64,000 nucleotides of DNA from Hydrolagus colliei (taxonomy: Eukaryota). The notes under the pieces were generated by a model, which had not been told where the DNA came from, searched no databases, and was given only the letters and a program-made list of their open reading frames with translations. The stretch lies in the NCBI GenBank assembly GCA_035084275.1, contig CM068769.1, positions 682,001 through 746,000 of the forward strand. Reading direction: 5' to 3'. The stretch's first letter is position 1, and the number at the start of each line of letters is the position of its first letter. Shown in pieces: positions 1 to 11,390 of the stretch. A program made the translations under genes and the position numbers.

Positions 1-1050
1 GGCAGAGAAGCGTAGCTGACTGATATTCTGCCCGTAGGAATGCCTTTGGATGAGGAAAGCGGGCCCTTCACTGCGGCGCTGGCGGTAAAGCAGCACTGAG
101 ATGCTGTCACTAGTCGTGGAGACATTACAGCTGATAGTCAGTGAGGCGCCTTCGAAACGCCAGTCTGCTTTCGGGCTCTGCCTCACCCAATCTCCATCAC
201 TGATTCCTACAGGAAACAATTGTGTAATTCAGTGTTGAAACGATCAATACTAAGTTAGAAAACAAACGCTATTGTGGGCCACATTTCATAGAGTATATGT
301 AGTTCCTGTAGCTCAGAGGTTGGAGCACTCGCCTTACAAACGTGAGACCTTTGTTCATATGCAGGCAGATCAGGAAAAGACTTTGGGCGAGTTTCCTTAC
401 TCCACATGCGCGACTAATAATAATCCCTGCGAAAAAACAAAATATTGTGATGAAAACTGGTCATTTTCAACGCACGGCTGTTTGTGGGAACGCTGCTGTG
501 TGCAATTGGCTGCCACGTTTCGCCAACAACTATACAGTCAATTCACTTTAATGTATAATCTGTGAAGCGAATCGAGACGCCGATAAGATGTGAAAAGCGC
601 TATATCAAATCAACAGTTATAATTACTGTATACTATGACACACTTTGAGACGCTTTGAGAATGTCTTCACACACGGGGATATTTTGTTCTACAAGATGAA
701 TGTCTGTAAGAATTTGTCAGTCATTTGCAAATTAAATTGCACCGTCCTTCAAATGGAAACCTCTAATAATATTCATCCTTAAAACTTATATAGCGCTTTG
801 TACGTTTTCTAGACGTCATTAAGCACTTCAGAGAATATACTTAAAAGTGAATTAACTGCAGATTTGTGGGTGAAACGTGACAGCGAATTGTGCACAGCAA
901 TGTTAAAGTAACCAGGGTGAAAGGAGACTCTGTTTAGAGAGGACCCGTTGTACTAGCATTGACTTGGATGGCTGTCGGTAATGATATCTAGATTAACTAA
1001 CCATGTAGTGAGAATGCGATGGCTGCGGAGAGCAAATATCCCAACTGCAT
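1..1050 (-). CDS. TCR alpha/delta V segment V1 (3' end outside window); leader exon 1002-1050, V exon <=1-206
   Basis: Leader MQLGYLLSAAIAFSLH+G is 49 nt with donor GTTAGT. Acceptor cctgtag precedes in-frame GISDGDWVRQSPKADWRFEGASLTISCNVSTTSDSISVLLYRQRRSEGPAFLIQRHSYGQNISQLRFSA. The first Cys is present; the conserved Trp is replaced by Leu (LYRQ). Not in the ORF track. Confidence 0.85.
296..625 (+). mobile_element. tRNA-headed SINE with L2-type 3' tail (DeuSINE/SacSINE-like family)
   Basis: Head gtagctcagaggttggagcactcgccttaca, core GCAATTGGCTGCC(A/G)CGTTTCGCC, tail gtgaaaagcgctatatcaaat. The family recurs throughout the window. Confidence 0.75.
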
Positions 1051-1765
1051 TGCGTTCAGACACCACAATCAGCGTTTATGTCTCTGCTGCTCTTGCCACC
1101 GTGTGACACTGAGGCCATTAATAAAGCTGAGAACCCTTTGTGATGTTGTCTCTTATCTGTGCGTCACTATCTCGTACCTCGAGCTGCTGTGGGCGTGTAG
1201 GACTGCTCCAATCAGATTCAGGCTTAAACTTGTACATTTGATCCTGAGTATACACACCCACAAATTACACAGTCAATTCACTTTACAGTATAGTCATTGA
1301 GAAATATTAATGGTAAGGCGATTGATCAGATGGAAGGATCATTATAATAACGACTTATTTCCTCATTCAAACGCTATCGCCTTCAGTCTTCATTACAAAC
1401 TTGAAACTTTAGATGATCTTATATTTATTGTCATACCAATATATCCGACCCACCTTTATATCTCAACAAATACATGTACAAGTTGCATAAATACAAGCAA
1501 CATTGACTCAAACCTCAGTGTTTCTTTGAATTCAGTTAGTAATTCATTCTTAATACTAAACTTATTTTGAAGGAAATATATCTACTGTAGATGAATTCAT
1601 TCACGATTCACCAAAAAGGGGGATGCTACTGACTCCTTTCTAAATAGAGGTATACACATACTAAGAAAACTTGTCCAAAGTTTTGCGCAGCACGTAGTCG
1701 AACCCAGGTACTCTCGCTTCCGAAGCGACTTGCTCTCACTTCTGAGCTAGAGGACACGGCATGAT

Positions 1766-1804
1766 AGTTTTTGTAGGGCGGTAACGCTGTTCTGTGTCTC
1801 CGTG
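1766..1804 (-). other. 23-RSS of V2
   Basis: Heptamer CACGGAG, 23-nt spacer, nonamer ACAAAAACT (minus strand). Confidence 0.85.
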
Positions 1805-2630
1805 GAGCTCAGTGCACAGTAATACAGCACGGAGTCTGTGACTCTCACTTGGGATATATTTAACGGGACGGTTCTCGCCGCTTTATCCACTGTTGTTGAG
1901 AAACGCTCTTTTGTAAAGATAGATACTTCATTCACCGTCACAGTCGCTGGGAGCTGTGTCGCCGAGTCTCCTCCACAATGCCCTGGGAAACACAAACACA
2001 TCAGCGTTTAATGCAATAATAACGTAAACATACTTGTGTTTGATACAGCATCGTATAGAGTGATCGTGCCATCTCCAAGCGTTTCACTGACTATATATTG
2101 ACTCCATTTTGTGGGTGAAAGCGGCAGGCAGTTGAGTGCATCTTCCAGCACAAACGGTCATGGAATAATAATGATAATCCTTGCATTTAGTATAGCGCGT
2201 TTCACTTCTTGGAGTCGTCTCAAACGTTTCCAGTGTATACTGTGAAGTGTATTGACTAAATTTCTTCAGCAGCTGCATTTATCAAGAGATCAATAGCGTA
2301 GTAAAGTGATCGGCCAATCGACTAATAGATCGGGTACCTAATCACTGCTCGGTAAGCAGATATATATGTGGGTCTGTGGAAAATGTACATTTGTAGTTTC
2401 GCCCAATCTCACCGAGAATCGAACTCAGATCCTTCAGCATGCGAGGCGAGTGTTCTAACCACTAGCTGTGGGAAACCACTTATCCACAAGTGGTACAGTA
2501 TGTTGCTTATTCCATGCAATAAAACTTTGGCTTTGAAGAACATGTAAATGAATTGCATCCATATGGATTAGGTGTTTTGCTTACCTGCGAAGTTAATGAT
2601 GGCGGCTGCCACATATATGTACATTGTCAT
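1805..2630 (-). pseudogene. TCR V2 pseudogene (family A) with in-frame 132-nt internal deletion; leader 2585-2630, V exon 1805-1982
   Basis: Leader MTMYIYVAAAIINFA+G is 46 nt with donor GTAAGC. V exon GHCGGDSATQLPATVTVNEVSIFTKERFSTTVDKAARTVPLNISQVRVTDSVLYYCALS is 178 nt versus 310 nt in paralog V4, lacking first Cys, CDR1, Trp and CDR2. Confidence 0.9.
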
Positions 2631-2870
2631 CTGTGTTAATGGCACCCTGTGTTGAGGAAGCGCTGGTGGTTTAGTGGGAGAATGTTGGCTGGGAAACATT
2701 AAGATACCATGAGGAGGACTGAACAGGCAATGACATAAACAGGTTGCCATACACTGTGAGTGAGCTGGTCTGTGGTTTATGTACAAACTTTGTTTCTCTG
2801 TCACTGGGTGTCATCTTCTCTGCTCTGCCATCTCGCTCCTCCATTGGTTCTCTTCTAACACTGACATGCC
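2631..2870 (-). promoter_or_regulatory. Family A V promoter (V2), homologous to 9020-9240
   Basis: Block conserved with the V4 upstream region. Contains CCAAT (plus ATTGG 2843-2847) and a TACATAAA TATA-like element upstream of the leader ATG. Confidence 0.55.
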
Positions 2871-3260
2871 ATTGATAAAATGGATGGCAGACACCTGCAG
2901 CAAGATAGATCGATAGATGCATTACATGTCGTCCAAACACATACATGAGTTCCACACATCTGTACAATCTCTGGACTCATAGTTTAATGGTATCAACACT
3001 CGCCTTACAAGCACTTTACCTGCGTTTGATGGCTGCCAGAGCGACACGTTGGTCAAGTTTACTTACTCCACACTCCGACCGAGGTTTACCGAGAGTAAGT
3101 AGGATTACGGTTGATAATCGCTTAAAGAGCAGCTTTCCAGGGAAACAATCTCTCCCACCATAGGGAACTCGATCCGCGTCTGTTTATAGGACAATGCTGT
3201 GCCGAACTGAATACCTCGTTTCGCCAGCAAAACGAAACGTAAGTACATTTTACGTTGTAC

Positions 3261-4024
3261 NNNNNNNNNNNNNNNNNNNNNNNNNNNNNNNNNNNNNNNN
3301 NNNNNNNNNNNNNNNNNNNNNNNNNNNNNNNNNNNNNNNNNNNNNNNNNNNNNNNNNNNNNNNNNNNNNNNNNNNNNNNNNNNNNNNNNNNNNNNNNNNN
3401 NNNNNNNNNNNNNNNNNNNNNNNNNNNNNNNNNNNNNNNNNNNNNNNNNNNNNNNNNNNNNNNNNNNNNNNNNNNNNNNNNNNNNNNNNNNNNNNNNNNN
3501 NNNNNNNNNNNNNNNNNNNNNNNNNNNNNNNNNNNNNNNNNNNNNNNNNNNNNNNNNNNNNNNNNNNNNNNNNNNNNNNNNNNNNNNNNNNNNNNNNNNN
3601 NNNNNNNNNNNNNNNNNNNNNNNNNNNNNNNNNNNNNNNNNNNNNNNNNNNNNNNNNNNNNNNNNNNNNNNNNNNNNNNNNNNNNNNNNNNNNNNNNNNN
3701 NNNNNNNNNNNNNNNNNNNNNNNNNNNNNNNNNNNNNNNNNNNNNNNNNNNNNNNNNNNNNNNNNNNNNNNNNNNNNNNNNNNNNNNNNNNNNNNNNNNN
3801 NNNNNNNNNNNNNNNNNNNNNNNNNNNNNNNNNNNNNNNNNNNNNNNNNNNNNNNNNNNNNNNNNNNNNNNNNNNNNNNNNNNNNNNNNNNNNNNNNNNN
3901 NNNNNNNNNNNNNNNNNNNNNNNNNNNNNNNNNNNNNNNNNNNNNNNNNNNNNNNNNNNNNNNNNNNNNNNNNNNNNNNNNNNNNNNNNNNNNNNNNNNN
4001 NNNNNNNNNNNNNNNNNNNNNNNN
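3261..4024. other. Assembly gap (N run)
   Basis: 764 N; the poly-X ORFs here are artefacts. Confidence 1.
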
Positions 4025-4089
4025 CAAAATATGTAGGAGGAGGTGCTCAGAGGAACTCCCACAGCGTGTGTGTATGGGGTTAGATGATT

Positions 4090-4420
4090 CCTTTATTTGT
4101 GTTGATCCCGGTCCTCACATCAAAACACTCAAGAATCTCGCACCATCCTACATTCGTGACTTCCTATCCCTCCTATCTCTTTACCAACCTGCCCGCCCCC
4201 TTCGTTCGGCTGGATCTGACCTGCTCTACGTCCCCCGATCGACCCTCCCAACCAATCGCGGGCGAACCTTCAACCACTCTGCCCCCAACATCTGGAAATC
4301 CATCCCGAATTCATTCCGCCACAGTTTTTACTGAGAAGTGAATCGACTGTATGCGCTACTGTATAAACGTGGCAAGCCTCTTCCTCTATTTTGCAACCCT
4401 AGTACTCTAAGCATTGGACT
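4090..4420 (+). mobile_element. L2 LINE 3' fragment
   Basis: Encodes L2 C-terminal YQPARPLRSAGSDLL...SAPNIWKSIP, homologous to the other L2 copies. Confidence 0.65.
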
Positions 4421-4429
4421 GCAGTCACC

Positions 4430-5258
4430 TGGGCAGACACATGGCAGATGAAGTTTAATGCAGAGAAGTGTGAGGTGCTGCATTTTGGGAGAAGAAATGA
4501 AGGGAGGCAATATAGGCTAGATAGTACAATTTTAAATGATGTGAAGGAACAAAGAGACCTGGGGATTTGTGTTAGTGACTCGTTGAAGGTGGCAGGACAG
4601 GTAGACAAGGCTGTTAAGAAGGCATATGGGATACTAGGCTTTATCAATAGGGGTATAGAGTACACAAGTCAGGAAGTGCTGACGAACCTCTATAAGACTT
4701 TGGTGAGTCCTCAGCTGGAATACTGTGTTCAATTCTGGTCACCACACTACAGAAAGGATGTGAAGGCATTGGAAAGGGTACAACGAAGATTTACTAGGAT
4801 GTTGCCAGGATTGAGGGACTTCAGCTATGAGGAGAGGCTAGATAGGCTAGGGTTGTTCTCTCTGGAGCAGAGTAGATTGAGGGAAGACCGAATTGAGGTT
4901 TATAAGATCATGAGGGTTTCGACAGGGCAAATAGAGAAAAACTATTTCCACTCGTGGGCGAATCTCACAGATTTAAAATCGTTTCAAGGCGAAGTAGAGG
5001 GGAGCTGAGGAGAAATCTTTTCACTCAGCGAGTTGTTCGAATCTGGAATGCATTGCCTGAAAAGGTGGTGGAGGCTGATTCGATAACAACTTGTAAAAGG
5101 GAATTAGATCTTTATTTAGCGAGAACAGGTCTATTAGGCTATGGGGAGCGGGCAGGGCAGTGGGATTGAATCGCTCTTTTCAAAGAGCCGGCACAGACTA
5201 GATGGGCCAAATGGCCTCCTTTTGTGCCGTAGAATTCTATGAATCTATGAATCTATGA
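4430..5258 (+). mobile_element. CR1 LINE, 5'-truncated
   Basis: WQMKFNAEKCEVLHFG...LYKTLVSPQLEYCVQFWSP RT C-terminus; 3' (GAATCTAT)n tail at ~5235-5258. Confidence 0.95.
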
Positions 5259-5270
5259 AAAACCTTAGCA

Positions 5271-5309
5271 TGTTTTTATACAGGTCCTTCGTAAACACAC
5301 ATCACTGTG
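5271..5309 (-). other. 23-RSS of V3
   Basis: CACAGTG, 23 nt, ATAAAAACA. Confidence 0.9.
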
Positions 5310-5753
5310 CTCTCCGCACAGAAGTAAGTGGCGGAGTCAGACACTCGCACGTCTTGGATCGATAACGTGCTGTTTTTCCCAACAGTCAAAGCATTTATCC
5401 TCTCCTTCTGCTTCATCTCTCTCGATCCCAACACCAAGTAAGTGATGGAGCCGTTTCCATGCTGATTGTACCATTGAAACCCTGGGCTGGACACTGTGGT
5501 GCTGCACTCCATAATTACATTCCGATTTTCATTCTCTGTCAGAGCCTGAGGTCTATGTGACACCTCACTTTCAGCCAAGACACCTGGGGACACAGAATAT
5601 TCTTGGATAGTATTTCATCAAATGTCTGCAATAAAATTTATAATTATGTACCAGGAAAACCAGGATGCGTGTGTCCAATCTGATACTCTACTTACACAAG
5701 ATTGTTGCAATTAAATAAAAAATTACATGTGGTGCATTAAAATCCTGCTTCAT
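5310..5753 (-). CDS. TCR alpha/delta V segment V3 (family B); leader 5696-5753, V exon 5310-5583
   Basis: Leader MKQDFNAPHVIFYLIATIL+T is 58 nt with donor GTAAGT and is homologous to the V5 leader. V exon VLAESEVSHRPQALTENENRNVIMECSTTVSSPGFQWYNQH...DSATYFCAES is open with Cys/Trp/Cys. Confidence 0.9.
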
Positions 5754-6693
5754 TCTCATGTCTTTTCTATTCACGTCAAAATGTCTTATTGATGTAAAGT
5801 GGGAAATCAGCTACAGGCTGATAAATGTTAGCAATTTTTTGTGGAACGCAGTTAGCCATGCAGCTTATAACTAGATTCTCAGTGACAGCTTCACACACTT
5901 CTCACTTCCTGTATGTTTGCTTCTGCCGAATTCATTCGCCAATTGGCTAGACACTTGCTGCTGGTTAGCGGAGGTTTGCATGTGTGTGAAGTTAGCAAAC
6001 GTGACTTATGTTTCTCCCACCCTAATTGGTTCCCAATCAGGCGAGATTTGGGGCAAATACACATACTCCATACACACACACCTCATTTTAGTTTAGAATA
6101 AGGAGGAAACCGCAGCTTAGTCCATTGGTGGTTCACTTTGCTGGGGATAATATTCCCCATCTCCAAAATGTTCTACATCAAAGGCAAGCAACACTAAAAT
6201 AATCATTAATATTGACAGTATAATTACTAGCATTATGATTAAGATCGCTGTCCAGTCATCTATGTAATTATTTGGACGCCTTGAAGCATGTAAACAATAT
6301 AATTCTTCTGCACCTAAGTTTAATTAATTGTTCTCAGTTTTATCGTGTTCCCAATCTACACTGAAACAATCTACCTTACTGTAGTTACCAAAATCTAATG
6401 CAATTGTTAATAAAGTGAGATCCGCTAGAATGCGGATGCTTATGTTGGAGAAAGACAATAACATGAATATATGACATCCCCATTACCTTTTCGAGCAAAC
6501 TAAGCCTTGCGATTGTCATGGTTACGAATTAGACAAACCTTTGAACATTTCAGCAGAAGCAGCAATAATACGCAGGATTTAACCAATGTGGACTGTAATA
6601 GGAAGCACCTGTTATAGCTATCAAGGTAGATTGACACAGAATGGAACGTGGCAAGCTATGTCAATTGCAGATGGTGTTATATGTGTGTTTTGT

Positions 6694-6707
6694 CTGCCAT
6701 CTGCTGG
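6694..6707 (-). promoter_or_regulatory. Candidate CTCF-binding motif
   Basis: CCAGCAGATGGCAG matches the core consensus CCASYAGRKGGCRS at all positions; unique intergenic DNA. Confidence 0.5.
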
Positions 6708-7109
6708 TGGACTGTAGCTACTGCACGAGTATAATTTAAAAGCAAGAGTTTTTTTGGGCGCCCTACATAACGTTCCTGGTACTATTGTCTCCAATGGAAA
6801 TTGATAGCTTAGTTCCATTTACTTGCTTTTTCCTCGTGTTGTCTGTGCTTTAATGGGACACTCGAATTCATTCTCATTCACAGTCTCTTACTATGACATA
6901 TCCCTGATAATTGTTTCTCCACTTTAATTCTATTCCTTGCTCTGATCCTGTAAACGTTGATTATATTCTGCTTCAACTTGAGCTGGCATTCACCGTTTAC
7001 ATGACAGCACCACAATAGTTACCTGTGTGTGGCACTATTCATTTCGCGATGATGTCACAATGCAGTGTATTTACTACTACATCAACAAAAGAATCACATT
7101 TGGGACGTC

Positions 7110-7600
7110 CTCCCGACGTGACAGGCGCTATGTAAGTACAATGTTGTTGCTGCTGTTCACGTCGGATGGACGTCCGAAGCCGCTGACCAGTCCGCTCGAG
7201 AACTGAGCAATGGAGAGGGCAGCGTCGTGGGGAGGGTCGTGAGAGAGGTGACACTGGAGGGCGAGAGTTAGCAGCGAATGGACAGAGTGAGTAGGGCAGG
7301 AGAAGGCAAGGTCGAAGAGTAGCGTCTTGAGACCGACATTAAAGGAGGCTATGGAGGTAGGGAGATAGTCAGTCGAAGGGACTGTAGGAAGGAGATCCAG
7401 AGAGCAGCGAATGAAAATCCGTCCACCGATAATAGGGCGGGTCAGGCGGGGGACAACGAGCAGATCGCATCCCACTGAACGGAGGGGGAGTGGAGGTTAA
7501 TATTAGGACAGCAGATCGGAGAGTTGGTGGTGGGTAGGGGTGGCGAGGGGTTGGATCGCGGGGCTGGCAAGGCCGTGAATGGCCTTAAAGGTGTGGAGGA
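7110..7600 (-). mobile_element. Degenerate L2 LINE 3' fragment
   Basis: RPIIGGRIF...IASFNVGLKTLLFDLAF and gggacgtcc/ggcgctat 3' motifs. Confidence 0.65.
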
Positions 7601-8129
7601 TGATTTTGAATTCGAAAACTTCATGAGAATTGACAAACAATCTGCATTTTTATTTTTGTGATATAAATAATAAACTTTGTCCTCAATTCCTATTGCCTCA
7701 TGGACCAACACAATCATGTCTTCCGTGTATGTTCTTTTTCGATCCATTGATTGAACCTTTTGTATCTGCACATCCAGACCTGGTGTCACCGCTAAGCAAC
7801 AGATGTCAAGCTGTTCATCGAATTGTTCATCGAACAGCCCAACAAACCAGGACCTTTGAAGTTATGTCAGTGACAATAATATGATTTTGTTTTATACCCA
7901 AATTAATGCTAGCGTTTGACTGAGCACCATATCACATATTTTACAGTAAATTTTTACCAATGGAAAAGGAATGTACAAATCAACTAAAAAACAGGTTTGA
8001 ATTTAATACTGGGTAAACGGTGCAGATTAAGAAAACTTCAACAAAGATTCGTTCTGCATGGAATTGAACCCAGTTTCCTCGCTGGCGATATGAGTGCTCT
8101 AAAAACTGAGCTATATGATTACACTTGGC

Positions 8130-8168
8130 AGTTTTTGTAGGGCGGAAGCTCTGATCTGTGTCTCTGTG
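8130..8168 (-). other. 23-RSS of V4
   Basis: CACAGAG, 23 nt, ACAAAAACT. Confidence 0.9.
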
Positions 8169-9013
8169 GGGCTCATTGCACAGTAATACACCGCCGAGTC
8201 ATTAACTCTCACTTCAGTTATATTTATCGGGACAGTTCTTCCCACTTTATCCACCATCGTTGAGAATCGTTTGTTGGTAAAGTCGGCATATTGTGGTCTA
8301 TTGCTAGTGGACGTCGAAAGGATATATTCTGGAGCTGTGTTTGGATAATGGCGGTACCAGAACAAATAAGGAACGCTTGTGCTTGTAGCTGTATAATTAC
8401 ATCTCAGATACACATCCTCCCCTTCCTTCACTGTCATGGTAGATTGGAGCTGCGTCACAGAGTCTCCTCCACAATGTCCTGGAAATCATAAACATGTCAG
8501 CGTTCAGTAGAATAACACCAATAACAAGAATAATGTAGGCATATGACAAAAGTACATCTTGCGTCTTCATGTTAATTAAACGTTTACTAATGAATATAGT
8601 TTAACGCATACTGTCTGTTTACTTTATGGTCGAAACGTAGTAGAGATTTGTACACAAAAGTGTTCCACAAACAGTCGTGGATTGAGTAACTGTATTATCA
8701 TTAGCAGTATCACATATTGATAGATAATTACCCCCCAATAAAGCAAACGGCCAACGGACCATCTTCGAAATTACTTCCCAGTAATCACAGCAATGCGTGA
8801 TGAGTGACAAAAGTTGCCTAATGTTTCGCCCTGTCCCGGCCTTGGAAGGATCCCAGGTACTCTCGATTGTGACAGCTCTATAAAGCTTGTTGTGTATTCA
8901 TTATGTTAAGCAATAAACACTGGGCTGGATAATAAGTGCAGTTGACTGACTATACAATGAGTGTATGGCTTACCTGACAAGGCAATGATGGCTGCTGCCA
9001 CATATATATACAT
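8169..9013 (-). CDS. TCR alpha/delta V segment V4 (family A); leader 8974-9013, V exon 8169-8478
   Basis: Leader MYIYVAAAIIALS+G has donor GTAAGC; the upstream ATG used by V2 is ACG here. V exon HCGGDSVTQLQSTMTVKEGEDVYLRCNYTATSTSVPYLFWYRHYP...DSAVYYCAMS is intact. Confidence 0.93.
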
Positions 9014-9019
9014 TGCCGT

Positions 9020-9240
9020 GTATGTGCAAAGGGCGCTGATAGTTTAGTTGGAGAATGTAGGCCGGGAAGCGGTAATATACCATGAGGAGAGCTGAACACT
9101 AAATGACAAAGTGGGAGCAGGTCTGAGGTTTATGTACAAACCTTGTGTCTCTGCCAATGTGCGTCATCTTCTCTGCTCGGCCATCTCGCTCCTCCATTGG
9201 TTCTCTGCCATCCCTGACATATCTTTGATCCACCGGGTGT
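9020..9240 (-). promoter_or_regulatory. Family A V promoter (V4)
   Basis: CRE-like TGACGCA (9160-9166), CCAAT (9196-9200), TACATAAA (9129-9136). Confidence 0.55.
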
Positions 9241-9300
9241 CTGACACGTAGCAATATGGTTACTAGTCAACCAGTGAGTACGAGACACTTTAACTCCATG

Positions 9301-9606
9301 GTTCAACTCGGTGTTCAGAGCACTAGCTTTTCAAGTGTGTGTTCGAGTCCACGCAGATCAGGGCGAAAGCTTGGACACGTTTCATTGCACCACAAACACG
9401 CCTAGTACTAATCCGTGCAACAACACCCACCACAATAATAGAATTGGTGATTTCAATCCACGATTGTTTGTGGGACTGGCAGCCGCGTTTCGCCCACAAA
9501 TATACAGTCAGTTCATTTTACAGTGTACTCTGTGAAGCGCTTTCAGACTTCGATAAGATGTGAAAAGCGCTGTATCAAGTGCAAGAATTCTTCTTATTAT
9601 TATTAA
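9301..9606 (+). mobile_element. tRNA-headed SINE
   Basis: Same head, core and tail as 296-625. Confidence 0.7.
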
Positions 9607-10177
9607 TTGATGTTTCCTTTCCAGGGGCATCATACTCTTGTTAAATAAGTAACTCAAAACACGTCTGTCTGTGGGACAATGCTGTTGTGTACGATTGGTT
9701 GACAATCGAGTGATAAATCGAGTATAATGTTTCTTGAATGGATTACCATCCTGCAAAAGGCGACATGCTAATTTACTATTAAATGGGTCCCTACTCACAC
9801 ATCGGCAAACAGACAACAATATTAATAATCTATGCGTTCGATATAGTGCCTTACCACGTCATCGAGACGTCGAGGAGCGCTTCCCTGGTTGCAATGTGCT
9901 TTGCATTTTACGTTATATGTTATCGGATAAATGCGGCACATACCTGCGCACAGCAGTGTCTCGCAAAAAGTCGTAGATTGAAGTGATCATTCTAATTTGG
10001 AATTATGACACGCGGAATAGCCATCCACTATTAGAATAATAAACTGATTCCTATTCACTCCTATGTACTCAGAAGCGTGTGGTGCTAGAAAACAATGACC
10101 GAGTTTTCTGCCTGCTAGGATACGAACCAGCGATTTCATCGTTTGGGAAACGAGTGCTTTAATCATTGAGCTAAGCA

Positions 10178-10216
10178 TGTTTTTGTACAGGCTCCTCTCA
10201 GACACGCAGCACTGTG
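10178..10216 (-). other. 23-RSS of V5
   Basis: CACAGTG, 23 nt, ACAAAAACA. Confidence 0.92.
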
Positions 10217-10679
10217 CTCTCTGCTGCACAGAAGTAAGTGGCCGTGTCTGTCACTCGCACGTCTCTGATTGTCAGTGTGCTGTTCTTCTCTTTTGTATCA
10301 GCCAAAGCACTTATCCTCTGCTCCGCCTTTACCTCTCTTTTTCCCAACACCAATAACCCTATGGAGCCGTTTCCATTCTGTTTGTACCATTGGAAGTAGC
10401 GGACGTCTACATTGGTCCTGCATTCTATAAATACATTTCCAGTTTCGTTCTCTGCGATGGATAGAGGTCTCTGTGTCACTTCGCTTTCAGCCAAAACACC
10501 TGGGAAATACAAATGAAGAATCTAGGAGAGCAATTTGGGGAAAACAAACACCACCATCGACACATTTTATGATTTCGCAGTAAAGCAAAGATGTGATTCT
10601 CCCAATAAATAGTTTAATTACATAGCTGTGTTGTCATTAAATTTACAAAAATGTATATTGGATTGAAATTCGGCTTCAT
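10217..10679 (-). CDS. TCR alpha/delta V segment V5 (family B); leader 10622-10679, V exon 10217-10499
   Basis: Leader MKPNFNPIYIFVNLMTTQL+T is 58 nt with donor GTAATT. V exon VLAESEVTQRPLSIAENETGNVFIECRTNVDVRYFQWYKQ...DTATYFCAAES is intact. Confidence 0.93.
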
Positions 10680-11390
10680 TCTCTGGTTGAAACGTTACGA
10701 GCGTTCGGCACGGTTGACTCGAGTCTTTAGCTGTGCAGATGGTAATTATATTCTCGATCACGACTTCACCCACAGCTCACTTCCGGCATATTTGCTTGTG
10801 GTAAATTGTGCATTCATTAGTAGACTTTCATCAGTGCTCATGCTTACTGCTGGGTAAACAGTGCCATGTGTGTGGATGAAAGTAACCGTGCCCAGTCTTT
10901 CTGCTTAGTCGAGCAGGGAATATACGTCCAAATATGCACTTACCAATGCCAATCGCTGGGTGAGCGTCACGACAGTTGGAACTCAAAACATTCCTATTGC
11001 TATAACCACTCCATTCGTCAGGGTTTTGGCTTGCTGGATTAATAGGAGCAGAGTGGAATTACTCCACTTTAATCGTGACTTGTCTGCTCTTCTAGGTCCT
11101 ACTGATGAACCAGCCTGGTCTACCCTGGCATCCGCAGTTTCGTGAAATACTGCGAACTTGTCTACCTAAAGAACATGTCTACCACTGCAACTGGACAAGA
11201 GACCGTCACAGATAGTTGGATAGATTCTGATATTCCGTTACAAAATTCAAGATAATCTGCCGTGAGAACTGCTTGCCTCCCACAAGTAGGATAAGTGATT
11301 TTACTCAGAACATTGTGGACATTTACATAGTACAACGGCACCCTCTTTCGGCAGTAAAGCGCTACTGCGGATTTTCATTTTTAATTGAGT

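Noticed and set aside
910-990. Plus-strand GDSV*RGPVVL resembling a V start
   Set aside because: Immediate stop, no Cys/Trp/RSS, and it lies in the intron of V1 on the opposite strand.
3122-4334. Poly-X ORFs
   Set aside because: They span the 764-N assembly gap.
11020-11390. Three short hairpins and a possible GPCR C-terminal remnant beyond the L2 tail
   Set aside because: Stems are only ~6 bp and no frame yields TM7/helix-8 motifs.
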